Shown: positions 48,730-58,909 of the stretch, one piece after another
Layout: each line of letters opens with the position of its first letter
Position numbering within the stretch: position 1 is the stretch's first letter
Assembly: GCA_965207735.1 (NCBI GenBank)
Contig: OZ242296.1
Coordinates: forward strand, 2,336,001 to 2,400,000
Length of the DNA: 64,000 bases
Source of the DNA: Candidatus Versatilivorator sp.
GTDB taxonomy: Bacteria > Acidobacteriota > Terriglobia > Versatilivoradales > Versatilivoraceae
Reading direction: 5' to 3'
Made by a program: the position numbers and the translations under genes
The notes under the pieces: model-generated
Database searches by the model: none
The model's input: the letters and a program-made list of their open reading frames with translations, nothing else
What the model was told of the DNA's origin: nothing

Positions 48730-49071
48730 TCAGAGCATCCCCAGTTGCAGCTTGGCGGCTTCCGACATCTTGGCCGGAGTCCAGGGCGGGTCCCACACCA
48801 GCTCAACCTGGGCGGAGGACACGCCCTCGGCCCCGGCGACCCTGGATTCGACCTCTCCCGGCAGGGTGCCGGCCACCGGACAGGCGGGAGAGGTGAGGGT
48901 CATTTGAATCTTGACGGCATGGGAGGGGTCGATATCGATCTCGTAGATGAGTCCGATCTCGTAGATGTTGACGGGAATTTCGGGGTCGTAAACCGTTTGC
49001 AGCGCCTCGATGATCCGCTGTCTCAACTCTTCCGAAGGAGCGGACTCGAGTGGGGGGGAGTCGGTGGTCAT
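48730..49071 (-). CDS. sufT: SUF Fe-S assembly factor SufT (DUF59/PaaD-like)
   Basis: VYDPEIPVNIYEIGLIY, MTLTSPACPVA, WDPPWT. Confidence 0.92.
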   Translation of the reverse strand: MTTDSPPLESAPSEELRQRIIEALQTVYDPEIPVNIYEIGLIYEIDIDPSHAVKIQMTLTSPACPVAGTLPGEVESRVAGAEGVSSAQVELVWDPPWTPAKMSEAAKLQLGML

Positions 49072-49083
49072 GGTTGCATCCTC

Positions 49084-49195
49084 AAATTTTGGATTTTCGA
49101 TTGCAGATTCTTGATTTGAGGCAAAATCAGATGTCCTTGCTCCCCAATCAACAATCGGAAATCTGCAATCAACAATTCATTGCTTGTCGGTCTGA
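49084..49195. repeat. Heptamer-armed inverted-repeat element between sufU and sufT
   Basis: GATTTTC/GATTGCA left arm, CAATCAACAATC right arm, tail CAATTCATTGCTTGTCGGTCTGA. Confidence 0.8.
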
Positions 49196-49234
49196 CCCAC
49201 AGCCTCGGCAGGCGTCCGGCACCTTCACTGTCGC

Positions 49235-49681
49235 TTACTCGGTGGTGACCGGTAGCTGCCGGCTGTCCAGGGCAGCCTTGACCGTATGCCAGGCCAGGGT
49301 GGCGCACTTGACCCGGACCGGAAAGGCGGCCACCCCGGCAAAAGCCACCAGCTTCCCGAGGTCTTCCGGCGGCTCGAGTAGCCGGCCGGTCACCAAGTCC
49401 TGGAACTGGCTAAAAACCGTCTGGAGGAGACCGGCTTCCCTACCCTTCAGCAACTCGGTCATCATGGAGGCGGAGGCGGTGGAGATGGCGCAACCCTTGC
49501 CCTGGAAACGAATATCCCTGACGATGTCGCCGTCCAGCTCCAGGGAGACTGCCACGCGATCCCCGCAGAGCGGATTGTGGCCCTCGGCCCTGTGGGTGGC
49601 ATGTTCCAGGCCCCCGAAATTGCGCGGCCGCCGGGTGTGGTCCAGGATAACCTCCTGGTAGAGGTCCATCAACTCGGACAT
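49235..49681 (-). CDS. sufU: SUF system NifU-family scaffold/sulfurtransferase SufU
   Basis: LYQEVILDH...PRNFG, NPLCGD, GCAISTAS, RVKCATLAWH. Confidence 0.95.
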   Translation of the reverse strand: MSELMDLYQEVILDHTRRPRNFGGLEHATHRAEGHNPLCGDRVAVSLELDGDIVRDIRFQGKGCAISTASASMMTELLKGREAGLLQTVFSQFQDLVTGRLLEPPEDLGKLVAFAGVAAFPVRVKCATLAWHTVKAALDSRQLPVTTE

Positions 49682-50949
49682 GAGCCAAAGATCTCCCTGA
49701 CCTTGCGGACGCCGTCCGCCAGCCGGTCCACCTCCGCGTGAGAGTTGTAGAGTCCGAAGGAGGCGCGAGCCGTGGCCGGCAGGCCCAGGCGCTCCATCAG
49801 CGGCTGGGCGCAGTGATGGCCCGCGCGAATGGCGATCCCCTCCTGGTCCAGAATGGTCCCGACATCATGGGGGTGGGCCCCCTCGACCACGAAGGAGAGC
49901 ACGCCCGCCTTGCGTCCGGCTCGACCGACGATGCGAACGCCCGGGACCGAGGCGAGCGCTTCGGTGGCGTGAGACAACAGCTCACCTTCGTGAGCGGCAA
50001 TGCCCTCCAGTCCGACGGCGCCCAGGTAATCCAGGGCGGCGCCCAGTCCGATGACCCCGACGATATCGGGCGTCCCCGCCTCGAACCGATAGGGGATCTC
50101 CTTGTAGCTGGTGCGCTCGAAGGAGACCGAACGAATCATCTCGCCTCCGCACTGGTAGGGCGGCATGGCTTCCAGCAGGGACGCTTTTCCGTAGAGAACG
50201 CCCACTCCGGTGGGACCGTAGACCTTGTGCCCCGAAAAGGCGTAGAAATCGCAGTCGAGCGCCTGAACGTCCAGTTGGAGGTGAGGAGCGGCCTGGGCTC
50301 CGTCCACCAGCACCGGGATCTCCCGTCGATGGGCCATCCGAACCATTTCGGCCACGGGGTTGACGGTTCCCAAGGCATTGGAGACGTGGGCGATGGCCAC
50401 CAGGCGGGTTCGAGAGCCGAGAGCCCGTTCAAAGGCCTCCAGTGGGACTTCGCCGTTGTCGTCGATGGGCGCCACCCGCAGGACCCCGCCCTTTTCCTCG
50501 CAGATCCTCTGCCAGGGCACGATGTTGGAGTGGTGCTCCAGGGTCGAGACCAGAATTTCGTCTCCCGCCTCGAGCCTCTGGCGGGCCAGGGTGCCGGCCA
50601 CCAGGTTGATGGCCTCGGTGGTTCCCCTGACGAAGACGACCTCCCGGGACTCCCGAGCATTGATGAAACGCTGCACTTTGCAGCGAACTTCTTCGTAGGC
50701 CTCGGTGGCTTCCAGGCTGAGCGCGTAGAGGCCCCGGTGAATGTTGGCATAGCCTTCTCGATAGAAGGCATTCATGGCTTCGATCACCGGAATCGGCTTC
50801 TGCGTGGAAGCGGCACTGTCGAGATAGACCAGCGGTTTACCGGCTGTTCGGCCGGAAAGGATGGGGAAATCGCGGCGCAGCCGGTCGACGTCCAGCGGCG
50901 GCGCGGCCGTCTGGACCGCTGGGGTGGTTGCCCTCCTCATCCGGATCAC
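49669..50949 (-). CDS. sufS: Cysteine desulfurase SufS
   Basis: YLDSAASTQKP, ANIHRG, EHHSNIVPWQ, FSGHKVYGPTG, RAGHHCAQP. Confidence 0.96.
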   Translation of the reverse strand: MIRMRRATTPAVQTAAPPLDVDRLRRDFPILSGRTAGKPLVYLDSAASTQKPIPVIEAMNAFYREGYANIHRGLYALSLEATEAYEEVRCKVQRFINARESREVVFVRGTTEAINLVAGTLARQRLEAGDEILVSTLEHHSNIVPWQRICEEKGGVLRVAPIDDNGEVPLEAFERALGSRTRLVAIAHVSNALGTVNPVAEMVRMAHRREIPVLVDGAQAAPHLQLDVQALDCDFYAFSGHKVYGPTGVGVLYGKASLLEAMPPYQCGGEMIRSVSFERTSYKEIPYRFEAGTPDIVGVIGLGAALDYLGAVGLEGIAAHEGELLSHATEALASVPGVRIVGRAGRKAGVLSFVVEGAHPHDVGTILDQEGIAIRAGHHCAQPLMERLGLPATARASFGLYNSHAEVDRLADGVRKVREIFGSCPS

Positions 50950-52292
50950 TCCTTGGATCCCTTCTCCGCCAGGCGGTGAAAAAGCGTCTTCTCCAGCCGG
51001 GCGCGAATGGGCTCGATTCGGATCTGGGAGGCAACGTCGTTGGCAAAGGCAAAGGTCAGGAGCTGGCGGGCGGCCTCACGGCCGATCCCGCGCGACTGCA
51101 GATAGAAGACGGCCTCGGCGTCCAATTGCCCGATGGTGGCCCCGTGGGTGCATTTCACGTCGTCGGCATAGATCTCCAACTGAGGATTGGTGTTGACCAG
51201 GGCCTCCTCGGAGAGCAGCAGATTCTGGTTGGTCTGCTTCGAATCGGTCTTCTGGGCGTGGGGTCGCACGATGATCCGGCCGTTGAAGACCCCGCTGGAC
51301 CGGTCGTCCAGGATGCCCTTGTAGAACTCGAAGCTGTTGCAATGGGGCTTGGCGTGTTCGATGGAGGTGTGGTTGTCCACGTGCTGTTTGCCGGTGGTGA
51401 GGGAGAAGCCGTTCAAGGTGGCTTCGGCGCCCTCGCCATCCAGGATCGCGTTGACGTGGTTGCGAACCAGGGCTCCTCCCAGGGAGATGGAATGGGAGGA
51501 CACGGTGGCGCTGCGTCCGAGCTGGAACTGCAGGGTGGCGATGTGGAAGGCCCTGAGGCTTTCCTGTTGCAGCTTGTAGTGCTCGACCACCGCCCCCTCC
51601 CGGGCCACCACCTCGGTCACCGTGTTGGTGAAATAAAGGGAGTCGGGCGCGCCCGAGTACGTTTCCACGATGCGGGCCTGACTGTTGGCGCCGGCCAGCA
51701 CCAGGCAGCGGGGATGGGAAACCAGCGGCTCCCCTTCCCCTCCCGAGTAAAAGTGCAAGTGAATCGGCTGCTCCACCACGGTGTTCCTGGGAAGATGGAC
51801 CAGAGCGATATCCTGCAGGAAGGCCGTATTCAGGGCAGTGAAGGCCTCATCCCCCTCGCCGGCATAGCAACCCAGCGCTTGCTGAACGGAAGGCCCCTGG
51901 CCGTTGAGGAACTCCGCCAGGCCCTGAACCCGAACGCCTGGTGGAAGGTCGCCAAAGGACGAGTGTTCCCGGGAAAAGCGCGCATTAAGGAACACCAGGC
52001 GGCAGGCCGAGGAGTCGTCTCCGGTCAGGGAGTCCAGGTCGGCCGGGGCCGGCCGGGAGTCCGAGTCGCCGGCATGAGCAAAAGCGGTCCGCAGCAGCGG
52101 CGAGAGGCTGGTAAAACGCCAGGCCTCATCATGGGTGGTCGGGAACCCAAGTCGGGTGAAGCGCCCGATTGCCTCCTGGCGCTTCTCTGTCAGCCAGGGC
52201 GGATCCCGGTCCGCCCGGCGGCGCGCCAAGGAGGCGAATTGCGACAGATAGCTTTCCTGCTCGGGGGCCAATTCAGCCGGTTTTCGATTCAT
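50946..52292 (-). CDS. sufD: Fe-S cluster assembly protein SufD
   Basis: E.WRFT, FNGRIIV...AQKTD, PQLEIYADDVKCTHGATIG, FYLQSRGI. Confidence 0.95.
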   Translation of the reverse strand: MNRKPAELAPEQESYLSQFASLARRRADRDPPWLTEKRQEAIGRFTRLGFPTTHDEAWRFTSLSPLLRTAFAHAGDSDSRPAPADLDSLTGDDSSACRLVFLNARFSREHSSFGDLPPGVRVQGLAEFLNGQGPSVQQALGCYAGEGDEAFTALNTAFLQDIALVHLPRNTVVEQPIHLHFYSGGEGEPLVSHPRCLVLAGANSQARIVETYSGAPDSLYFTNTVTEVVAREGAVVEHYKLQQESLRAFHIATLQFQLGRSATVSSHSISLGGALVRNHVNAILDGEGAEATLNGFSLTTGKQHVDNHTSIEHAKPHCNSFEFYKGILDDRSSGVFNGRIIVRPHAQKTDSKQTNQNLLLSEEALVNTNPQLEIYADDVKCTHGATIGQLDAEAVFYLQSRGIGREAARQLLTFAFANDVASQIRIEPIRARLEKTLFHRLAEKGSKE

Positions 52293-52306
52293 GGTGGTCT
52301 CTCGGA

Positions 52307-53071
52307 CTAGCTCCCCGGCGTCACGGCAACCTGAGATTCGATCCAACCGTAACCCCTGGCTTCCAGTTCGAGGGCCAGATCCTTGTCCCCCGACTTGACG
52401 ATCTCTCCGCCCGAAAGCACATGCACGCGATCGGGCACGATGTAGTTCAGCAACCGCTGGTAGTGGGTGATGACCACGATGGCGCGGTCGGGTTGGCGCA
52501 GGGCGTTGACGCCGTCGGCAACCGTCTTGAGAGCATCGATGTCGAGTCCCGAGTCGGTTTCATCCAGGATGGCCAGGATCGGATCGAGCACCGCCATCTG
52601 AAAAATCTCGTTTCTCTTCTTCTCGCCGCCCGAGAAACCCTCGTTGACGGAACGGCTGATGAAGCTCTGGTCCAGGTTCACCAGCTTGATCTTCTCCCGA
52701 ACCACCTTCATGAATTCCATGGCGTCCAACTCGTCCTGGCCCCGGTGCTTGCGGACGGCGTTCACGGCGGCTTTCAGGAAATAGACATTGCTCACTCCGG
52801 GGATCTCGACCGGATACTGAAAGGCCATGAAGACGCCTTCACAGGCGCGCTCCTCGGGCTCCATCTCCAACAGGTCCCGTCCCCGATAGAAAACCCGGCC
52901 CTGGGTGACTTCGAAACTTTCCCGGCCCGCCAACACCTGGGCCAGGGTGCTCTTGCCCGATCCGTTGGGACCCATGATGGCGTGCACTTCCCCCGCCGCC
53001 ACTTCCAGGTTCACCCCTCTCAGGATGGGCTTCCCCTCCACTTCAGCGTGTAAATTTTCAATCTTCAGCAC
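52307..53071 (-). CDS. sufC: Fe-S cluster assembly ATPase SufC
   Basis: GPNGSGKST, FQYPVEIPGV, NEGFSGGEKKRNE, DETDSGLDIDAL, ITHYQRLL. Confidence 0.97.
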   Translation of the reverse strand: MLKIENLHAEVEGKPILRGVNLEVAAGEVHAIMGPNGSGKSTLAQVLAGRESFEVTQGRVFYRGRDLLEMEPEERACEGVFMAFQYPVEIPGVSNVYFLKAAVNAVRKHRGQDELDAMEFMKVVREKIKLVNLDQSFISRSVNEGFSGGEKKRNEIFQMAVLDPILAILDETDSGLDIDALKTVADGVNALRQPDRAIVVITHYQRLLNYIVPDRVHVLSGGEIVKSGDKDLALELEARGYGWIESQVAVTPGS

Positions 53072-53089
53072 TGCGCTCCCTTTCCTCGC

Positions 53090-53235
53090 TTGAATTTCTT
53101 GATTCGAAACAGCGGAATTTCGGATTGTAGACTTCTGATGATTTCAGAATCCTCGATCTCAATCGGGACAACCGAATGGGATTCAAATCCAAAATCTCAA
53201 ATCTACAATCAACAATTCATTTCCTGTCGGTTTGA
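53090..53235. repeat. Heptamer-armed inverted-repeat element between sufB and sufC
   Basis: GATTGTA/GATTTCA left arm, AAATCCAAAATCTCAAATCTACAATCAACAATT right arm, tail CATTTCCTGTCGGTTTGA. Confidence 0.8.
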
Positions 53236-53279
53236 GGCACGGCCGCGGCGGCCGGTCTCTCTTCCGGCGCGTTAGCCGG

Positions 53280-54728
53280 TTACCCAACGCTGCCTTCCAG
53301 GCTCACGCCCAGCAGCTTGCGTGCCTCAACCGCAAACTCCATGGGCAGCTCGCGAAAGACCTCCTTGCAGAAACCGTTCACGATCATGGAGACGGCATCT
53401 TCGGCCGAAATGCCCCGCTGCTTGCAGTAGAAAATCTGGTCCTCTCCGATCTTCGAAGTCGAGGCTTCATGCTCCATCTGTGCCGTACTGTTCTTGACCT
53501 CGATGTAGGGAAAGGTGTGGGCGCCGCAGGCATCCCCCATGAGCATGGAGTCGCACTGGGAATAGTTGCGGGCCCCGGAGGCGTTCTTGAGAATCTTTAC
53601 TGCCCCCCGGTAGGTGTTCTGGCCATGGCCCGCCGAAATCCCCTTGGAGACGATGGTGCTCCGGGTGTCCCGGCCGATATGGATCATCTTGGTTCCGGTG
53701 TCGGCCTGCTGGAAATTGTTGGTCACTGCCACCGAGTAGAACTCGCCGATGGAGCGGTTCCCCTGCAGGAGACAGCTGGGATACTTCCAGGTGATGGACG
53801 AGCCCGTCTCCACCTGGGTCCAGGAGATCTTGGAATCCTCTCCCCGGCACTTGCCCCGCTTGGTGACGAAGTTGTAGATGCCTCCCTTGCCCTGCTTGTC
53901 CCCGGGATACCAGTTCTGCACGGTCGAGTACTTGATCTGAGCCCGGTCCAGGGCCACCAGCTCGACCACCGCCGCGTGGAGCTGGTTCTCATCCCTGCGG
54001 GGCGCCGTGCAGCCCTCCAGGTAGCTCACGGTGCTGTCGTCGTCGGCAATGATCAGGGTGCGTTCGAACTGCCCGGTGTCCTTGGCGTTGATGCGGAAGT
54101 AGGTGGAGAGCTCCATGGGGCAGCGCACCCCCTTGGGGATGTAGCAGAACGACCCGTCGCTGAAGACTGCCGAGTTGAGGGTGGCGAAGAAGTTGTCCGT
54201 ATAGGGAACCACCGACCCCAGGTACCGCTTCACCAGCTCCGGGTGGTTCTGCACGGCATCCGAGAAGGAACAGAAGATGATGCCCAGCTCCGCCAGCTTC
54301 TCGCGGAAGGTGGTGGCCACCGACACGCTGTCGAAGACGGCATCCACGGCCACGCCGCTCAGGCGCTCCTGCTCCTGCAGGGAAATCCCCAGCTTCTCGT
54401 AGGTCCGCAGCAGCTCGGGATCGACCTCCTCCAGGCTCTTGGGGCCTTCCTTGCCGCTCTTGGGGGCGGCGTAGTAAATGATGTCCTGGTAATCGATCGG
54501 CGGGTAGCGGACGTTGTGCCAGGCCGGCTCTTTCATGGTGAGCCAGTGCCTGTAGGCCCGCAGCCGCCACTCCAGCATGAAGGAGGGCTCCTTCTTTCTG
54601 GCCGAGATGGTGCGGATGACCTCTTCGTTCAGCCCCCTGGGAATGGCATCGGCCTCGATGTCGGTGACGAACCCGTACTTGTATTCCTGGTTGGCCAGTT
54701 CTTGAATGGTTTCGTTGGCTGAGGGCAT
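53280..54728 (-). CDS. sufB: Fe-S cluster assembly protein SufB
   Basis: [57 protein letters not shown]...LEGSVG. Confidence 0.97.
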   Translation of the reverse strand: MPSANETIQELANQEYKYGFVTDIEADAIPRGLNEEVIRTISARKKEPSFMLEWRLRAYRHWLTMKEPAWHNVRYPPIDYQDIIYYAAPKSGKEGPKSLEEVDPELLRTYEKLGISLQEQERLSGVAVDAVFDSVSVATTFREKLAELGIIFCSFSDAVQNHPELVKRYLGSVVPYTDNFFATLNSAVFSDGSFCYIPKGVRCPMELSTYFRINAKDTGQFERTLIIADDDSTVSYLEGCTAPRRDENQLHAAVVELVALDRAQIKYSTVQNWYPGDKQGKGGIYNFVTKRGKCRGEDSKISWTQVETGSSITWKYPSCLLQGNRSIGEFYSVAVTNNFQQADTGTKMIHIGRDTRSTIVSKGISAGHGQNTYRGAVKILKNASGARNYSQCDSMLMGDACGAHTFPYIEVKNSTAQMEHEASTSKIGEDQIFYCKQRGISAEDAVSMIVNGFCKEVFRELPMEFAVEARKLLGVSLEGSVG

Positions 54729-54796
54729 GTTGACTCCTTGAGCGTCATCGGCGCTCCTCGACCGACCGGGAAACGAAAGGTCGGCACGGACAGCGC

Positions 54797-55309
54797 TCAA
54801 GCGCTGGGATCTCCCTGCAGCTGAACCAGCTGCAGGGGGTTCTCTTCCCTTTCCGTTTGGCTGCGAGTCGGGTGCTTTTCCGGATTCGAGCTCGGCGGCG
54901 CCAGGCCGTGGAGGCTCATCTTGGCCACCGTCATCCGTCTCAGCATCAGCACCACGCTGTCACTGAGCAACTGGAGAGGACTCTTGATGGTGCACTTCTC
55001 GAACTGCAGGCAGTAGCCCGTCTCCGAAACGCAACTCGTCATGGAGAAGGGCCCTTCGATGGATTCGATCACCTCGGCTGCGTTGATCAGATGGGCGGGC
55101 CGACCCAGGGCGTACCCCCCGCGGGTCCCCTGGTGCGACACCACGATCCCGCTCTGCGCCATCCTTTGAAGCACCTTGGCCATCAGGTGGGGCGGGATGT
55201 TGTAGGATCGGGCGATTTCGCGCGCGCTCCAAGCGACCCGGCCCGAACCCTGGGCCAGGTGGATAAGGGCCATCAGCGCGTAGTCTGTTTTTTTGGAAAG
55301 TCTTAACAT
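54797..55309 (-). CDS. Rrf2-family (IscR/SufR-like) Fe-S cluster regulator
   Basis: [22 protein letters not shown], three Cys (C-x6-C-x5-C); first gene of the suf operon. Confidence 0.92.
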   Translation of the reverse strand: MLRLSKKTDYALMALIHLAQGSGRVAWSAREIARSYNIPPHLMAKVLQRMAQSGIVVSHQGTRGGYALGRPAHLINAAEVIESIEGPFSMTSCVSETGYCLQFEKCTIKSPLQLLSDSVVLMLRRMTVAKMSLHGLAPPSSNPEKHPTRSQTEREENPLQLVQLQGDPSA

Positions 55310-55322
55310 GGACCGCCCATAT

Positions 55323-55381
55323 CGGACCAATTTGGTCCGGTTTAGTGTCTCAATTATCCAGACTCCGCCGACGGAAGTCAA
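55323..55381 (-). promoter_or_regulatory. suf operon promoter and palindromic operator
   Basis: Minus strand TTGACT (55381-55376), 17 bp, GATAAT (55358-55353); perfect 8-1-8 palindrome CGGACCAA-T-TTGGTCCG at 55323-55339. Confidence 0.7.
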
Positions 55382-55484
55382 GACCGATTTCGTCAGAGCC
55401 TGTGGATTCGGGCATAGGGGGAGTCTGTATTTCTCACCGAGGGGCGATTGGTTGGCGCCGACCCTGGGCTGGAGCCGGCGTCTG

Positions 55485-55890
55485 CCCCCCTCCGCATCAG
55501 CCTTCGCCTGTAACTTGGGCTGTGCGAACCCGCTACGGCGCACAAGATCTCGCCTGTGGCTCGCCTTGTGCGAACCCCCCTCCGCATCAGCCTTCGCCAT
55601 TCGGCTCGGCGACTCCCCCTCAAGGGGGGAGTGATACTTGAGTTTCTTGAACGACGTTTTGCCAATTTGGGGAGCAGACGCCCGGAGATAATCAATTGAA
55701 AATCCTATACACCGGCAGTGTCGTGGGTTACGGGAGAGCCGCGTATGCGGCGGTTGGCGTGGGTCGTCCGAAGAAACGTCCCCTGCAAGCCATCCTTATA
55801 GAGCAGCGAAGCTGCGGCCTCGTGTAGCCCCGGGCGGAAGCCCGGGGTCGTATGAGCTCTGCGCCAACCCAGCCGCGTATGCGGCGAATA
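55485..55890. mobile_element. Composite REP/MITE-like unit (family B hairpin, conserved spacer, family A-like hairpins)
   Basis: 55575-55887 is colinear and highly similar to 62665-62983. Confidence 0.75.
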
Positions 55891-56063
55891 CGAAGCCGGG
55901 TCCCCGGCACGCGCGGCCCATTCAAACCACCCATAACACTCCACCGTCTACCACGGCTCCCGCCGGACTGTTGCTCCCGGAGCACGCAAACGGTTGGAGT
56001 GTTGCACCCAGGTCACAGGATCCGGCTGCGGCACGGACCGGAAACAGATTGCAAGACCTGCAC

Positions 56064-56110
56064 TATCAATGACTTAACAATAATCCCCCTCTCTTTGGCA
56101 AGAGACTTGC
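56064..56110 (+). promoter_or_regulatory. IHF site and sigma54 (-24/-12) promoter upstream of lpxC
   Basis: TATCAA-TGAC-TTA (WATCAANNNNTTR) at 56064-56076; TGGCAAGAGACTTGC (GG-N10-GC) at 56096-56110. Confidence 0.7.
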
Positions 56111-56156
56111 TGGGAATTCCTTGCGTACCTGCTCCGGTCAGAAAAAATCCGCCCCT

Positions 56157-57077
56157 ATGGAATCCCAACACACCTTGGCTGCCCCCATCGAGTTCTCAGG
56201 CCTGGGCTTGCACACTGGAGAGTCGGTGCAGGTAAGAGTCTTGCCTGCTCCTCCCGACACCGGACTGGTGTTTCGCCGGGTTGACCTGGACGACTTCGAG
56301 ATCGAGGCAGTGGTGCAAAACGTGGCCCGGGTGGCCTACGCCACCACCTTGATGAAGCAGGGAGTCCTGATTTCCACCGTGGAGCACCTTCTCTCATCGC
56401 TCTACATCTTCGGTGTGGACAATGCCCTGATAGAGATCGACAACCTGGAAGTCCCCATTCTGGACGGAAGCGCCCTGGAGTTCGTGAAAGAGATCACCCG
56501 CACCGGCCTCCAGCAGCAGTCCGCTCGGCGCCGGTATCTGCGAGTGGAAAAATCCCTGGAGATTCGAGACCGCGACCGCACCATCGCCGTTCATCCGGCC
56601 GACTGCTTTCAGATCAGCTATACCATCGACTTCGACCATCCCATGATCGGTCGCCAGAGCTTCGACTTCGAGGCCTCTCCCGAGGTCTTCTCCAAGGCGG
56701 TGGCACCGGCACGCACTTTCGGATTCTACCGGGAAGTGGAAGAGTTGAAGAAAAAGGGCCTGGTCCGCGGAGGCTCGCTGGACAACGCCATTGTCCTGAC
56801 CGACCGGGGAATCCTGAACGGTATTCTGAGGTTCGAGGATGAATTTGTCCGCCACAAGGTGCTGGACGGCATTGGCGATCTGGCATTGATCGGCAGGCCG
56901 CTACTGGCCCGCGTGGTGGCCCACAAGGCGGGTCACGCCCTGCACACCCACCTGGTGACCCGCATTCTGAGCGATCCCTCCTGCTACAGCGAAACGAATC
57001 ATCCGCCGTCGCGCGGATGCGGCAGCAACGTTGACCTCCCGCCGCAGAGACAGTGCGTTTCGGCACCCGGCAGCTGA
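56157..57077 (+). CDS. lpxC: UDP-3-O-acyl-N-acetylglucosamine deacetylase
   Basis: GLGLHTG, STVEHLLS, EVPILDGSA, ARTFGF, EFVRHKVLD.IGDL, KAGHALH. Confidence 0.96.
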   Translation: MESQHTLAAPIEFSGLGLHTGESVQVRVLPAPPDTGLVFRRVDLDDFEIEAVVQNVARVAYATTLMKQGVLISTVEHLLSSLYIFGVDNALIEIDNLEVPILDGSALEFVKEITRTGLQQQSARRRYLRVEKSLEIRDRDRTIAVHPADCFQISYTIDFDHPMIGRQSFDFEASPEVFSKAVAPARTFGFYREVEELKKKGLVRGGSLDNAIVLTDRGILNGILRFEDEFVRHKVLDGIGDLALIGRPLLARVVAHKAGHALHTHLVTRILSDPSCYSETNHPPSRGCGSNVDLPPQRQCVSAPGS

Positions 57078-57129
57078 TACGCAGCCTACGGAGGTGGGTG
57101 AGAGGGGATATTCGCTTACGGAGCGCCGT

Positions 57130-57545
57130 GTTTGCTCCCCTCCGGATCGACTGCGGGCTGCGCCCTTTGGTAGTCACGCACGGGACGCCGCGTTGGCCCC
57201 CCTCCGGATCGACTGCGGGCTGCGCCCTTGTCTCTCCGACTCCCCCTCAAGGGGGGGAGTGATACTTGAGGCCTGCACATGGCTTCTTGCCCGATTGCTG
57301 GGCAGGATGTAAACCATGTTCCCGGTCTAATGTATAAACTCCATTCCCTCTACATAACACGGATATCACTCCCCCCTTGAGGGGGAGTCGCAGAAGCCGA
57401 GCCGAATGGCGAAGGCTGATGCGGAGGGGGGCAGACGCGGCGTCTCCGAACGGCAGCGCCGAATGGCGAAGGCTGATGCGGAGGGGGGTTCGCACAAGGC
57501 GAGCCAAAGGCGAGATCTTGTGCGCGGAGGGGGGTGAATGCCACG
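57130..57545. repeat. Inverted doublet of family B REP elements around an AT-richer spacer (REPIN-like)
   Basis: GACTCCCCCTCAAGGGGGGGAGTGATA at ~57238 faces TATCACTCCCCCCTTGAGGGGGAGTC at ~57364; flanked by GAAGGCTGATGCGGAGGGGGG repeats. Confidence 0.85.
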
Positions 57546-57616
57546 CAGCCAAGGTGCGGCGGCATCGTGGTCCGAACCTTGCCTGCCTCCCGGGCACTCC
57601 TCTATACTGCAGCCCA

Positions 57617-58909
57617 ATGCTAGATCCGACCTACATCCGAAAAAACCCCGAGCTGGTGCGTCGAAAGCTGGTCCAGCGCCACACCCCGGCACCGCTGAAG
57701 GAGGTGGAGGACTTCGATCGGCAGCGACGCCAGTTGCTGCAGGAGACCGAGCAGCTCAAATATCGCCGCAACCGGAACAACCAGGACATCACCGCGCTGA
57801 AGAAGGCGGGAGAGGACGCCGCCGGCAAGATTGCCGAAATGAAGGAATTGTCGCTTCGGATCAAGCAGTTGGACGAAAAACTGCGGTCCTGCGAGGAAGA
57901 GCTCAAGAGCCTGCAGCTGGCCCTGCCCAACCTCCCCGACGACAGCGTCCCAGTGGGCGCCGACGCCTCCGAGAACGTCGAGGTCCGGACCCACGGCCAG
58001 AAGCCCGACTTTGACTTTCAACCCCGCGCCCACTGGGACCTGGGCACCAGCCTGGGCATTCTGAACCTGGAACGGGCCGCCAAGATCGCCGGGGCCCGGT
58101 TCAGCCTCTACACGGGAGCGGGGGCTCGCCTGGAAAGGGCCTTGATCAACTTCATGCTGGACGTTCACACCCGGGAACACGGCTACCTGGAGGTGCTGCC
58201 CCCCTTCATGGCCAATTCGACCAGCATGACGGGGACGGGTCAGCTCCCCAAGTTCTCCGGCGATCTATTCAAGTTGGAAGGTACGGACTACTGGCTGGTT
58301 CCCACGGCCGAGGTCCCGGTCACCAACATTTATGCGCGAGAAACCCTGCGGGCGGACCAACTGCCGATTCGGCTGACGGCCTATACTCCCTGCTTCCGCA
58401 GCGAAGCCGGCGCCCACGGCAAGGATACTCGGGGACTCATCCGCCAGCACCAGTTCAACAAGGTGGAGCTGGTCAACTTCACCCGGCCCGAGGACTCCTA
58501 TGCCGAGCTGGAAAACCTGACTCGGAGCGCTGAAGAAATCCTCCGCCGCCTCCAGATCCACTACCGCGTGGTCACCCTCTGCACGGGCGATCTGGGATTT
58601 TCCGCGGCCAAGACCTATGACCTGGAGGTCTGGCTTCCGGGCCAGCAGGCCTACCGGGAAATTTCCTCCTGCAGCAACTTCGTGGACTTCCAGGCCCGGC
58701 GGGCCAACATCCGTTTCCGGCGGGAACGCGGGGTCAAACCGGAATTCGTGCACACGCTCAACGGATCGGGTCTGGCCGTGGGACGCACCTGGGTCGCACT
58801 GCTCGAAAACCATCAGCAAGCGGACGGCAGCGTCCTCATACCTCCCGGCCTCAGGCCCTACCTGAACGGATTGGAAAGGATCGTCCCCGGCCAGCCCGGC
58901 CTGGATTGA
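57617..58909 (+). CDS. serS: Serine--tRNA ligase
   Basis: N-terminal coiled coil; [57 protein letters not shown]. Confidence 0.97.
   Translation: MLDPTYIRKNPELVRRKLVQRHTPAPLKEVEDFDRQRRQLLQETEQLKYRRNRNNQDITALKKAGEDAAGKIAEMKELSLRIKQLDEKLRSCEEELKSLQLALPNLPDDSVPVGADASENVEVRTHGQKPDFDFQPRAHWDLGTSLGILNLERAAKIAGARFSLYTGAGARLERALINFMLDVHTREHGYLEVLPPFMANSTSMTGTGQLPKFSGDLFKLEGTDYWLVPTAEVPVTNIYARETLRADQLPIRLTAYTPCFRSEAGAHGKDTRGLIRQHQFNKVELVNFTRPEDSYAELENLTRSAEEILRRLQIHYRVVTLCTGDLGFSAAKTYDLEVWLPGQQAYREISSCSNFVDFQARRANIRFRRERGVKPEFVHTLNGSGLAVGRTWVALLENHQQADGSVLIPPGLRPYLNGLERIVPGQPGLD

Noticed and set aside
57377-57616. N-terminal extension of SerS, and the similar extension of the Rrf2 regulator to 55600
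   Set aside because: Both read through REP repeats. Homology starts at 57617 and 55309 respectively.
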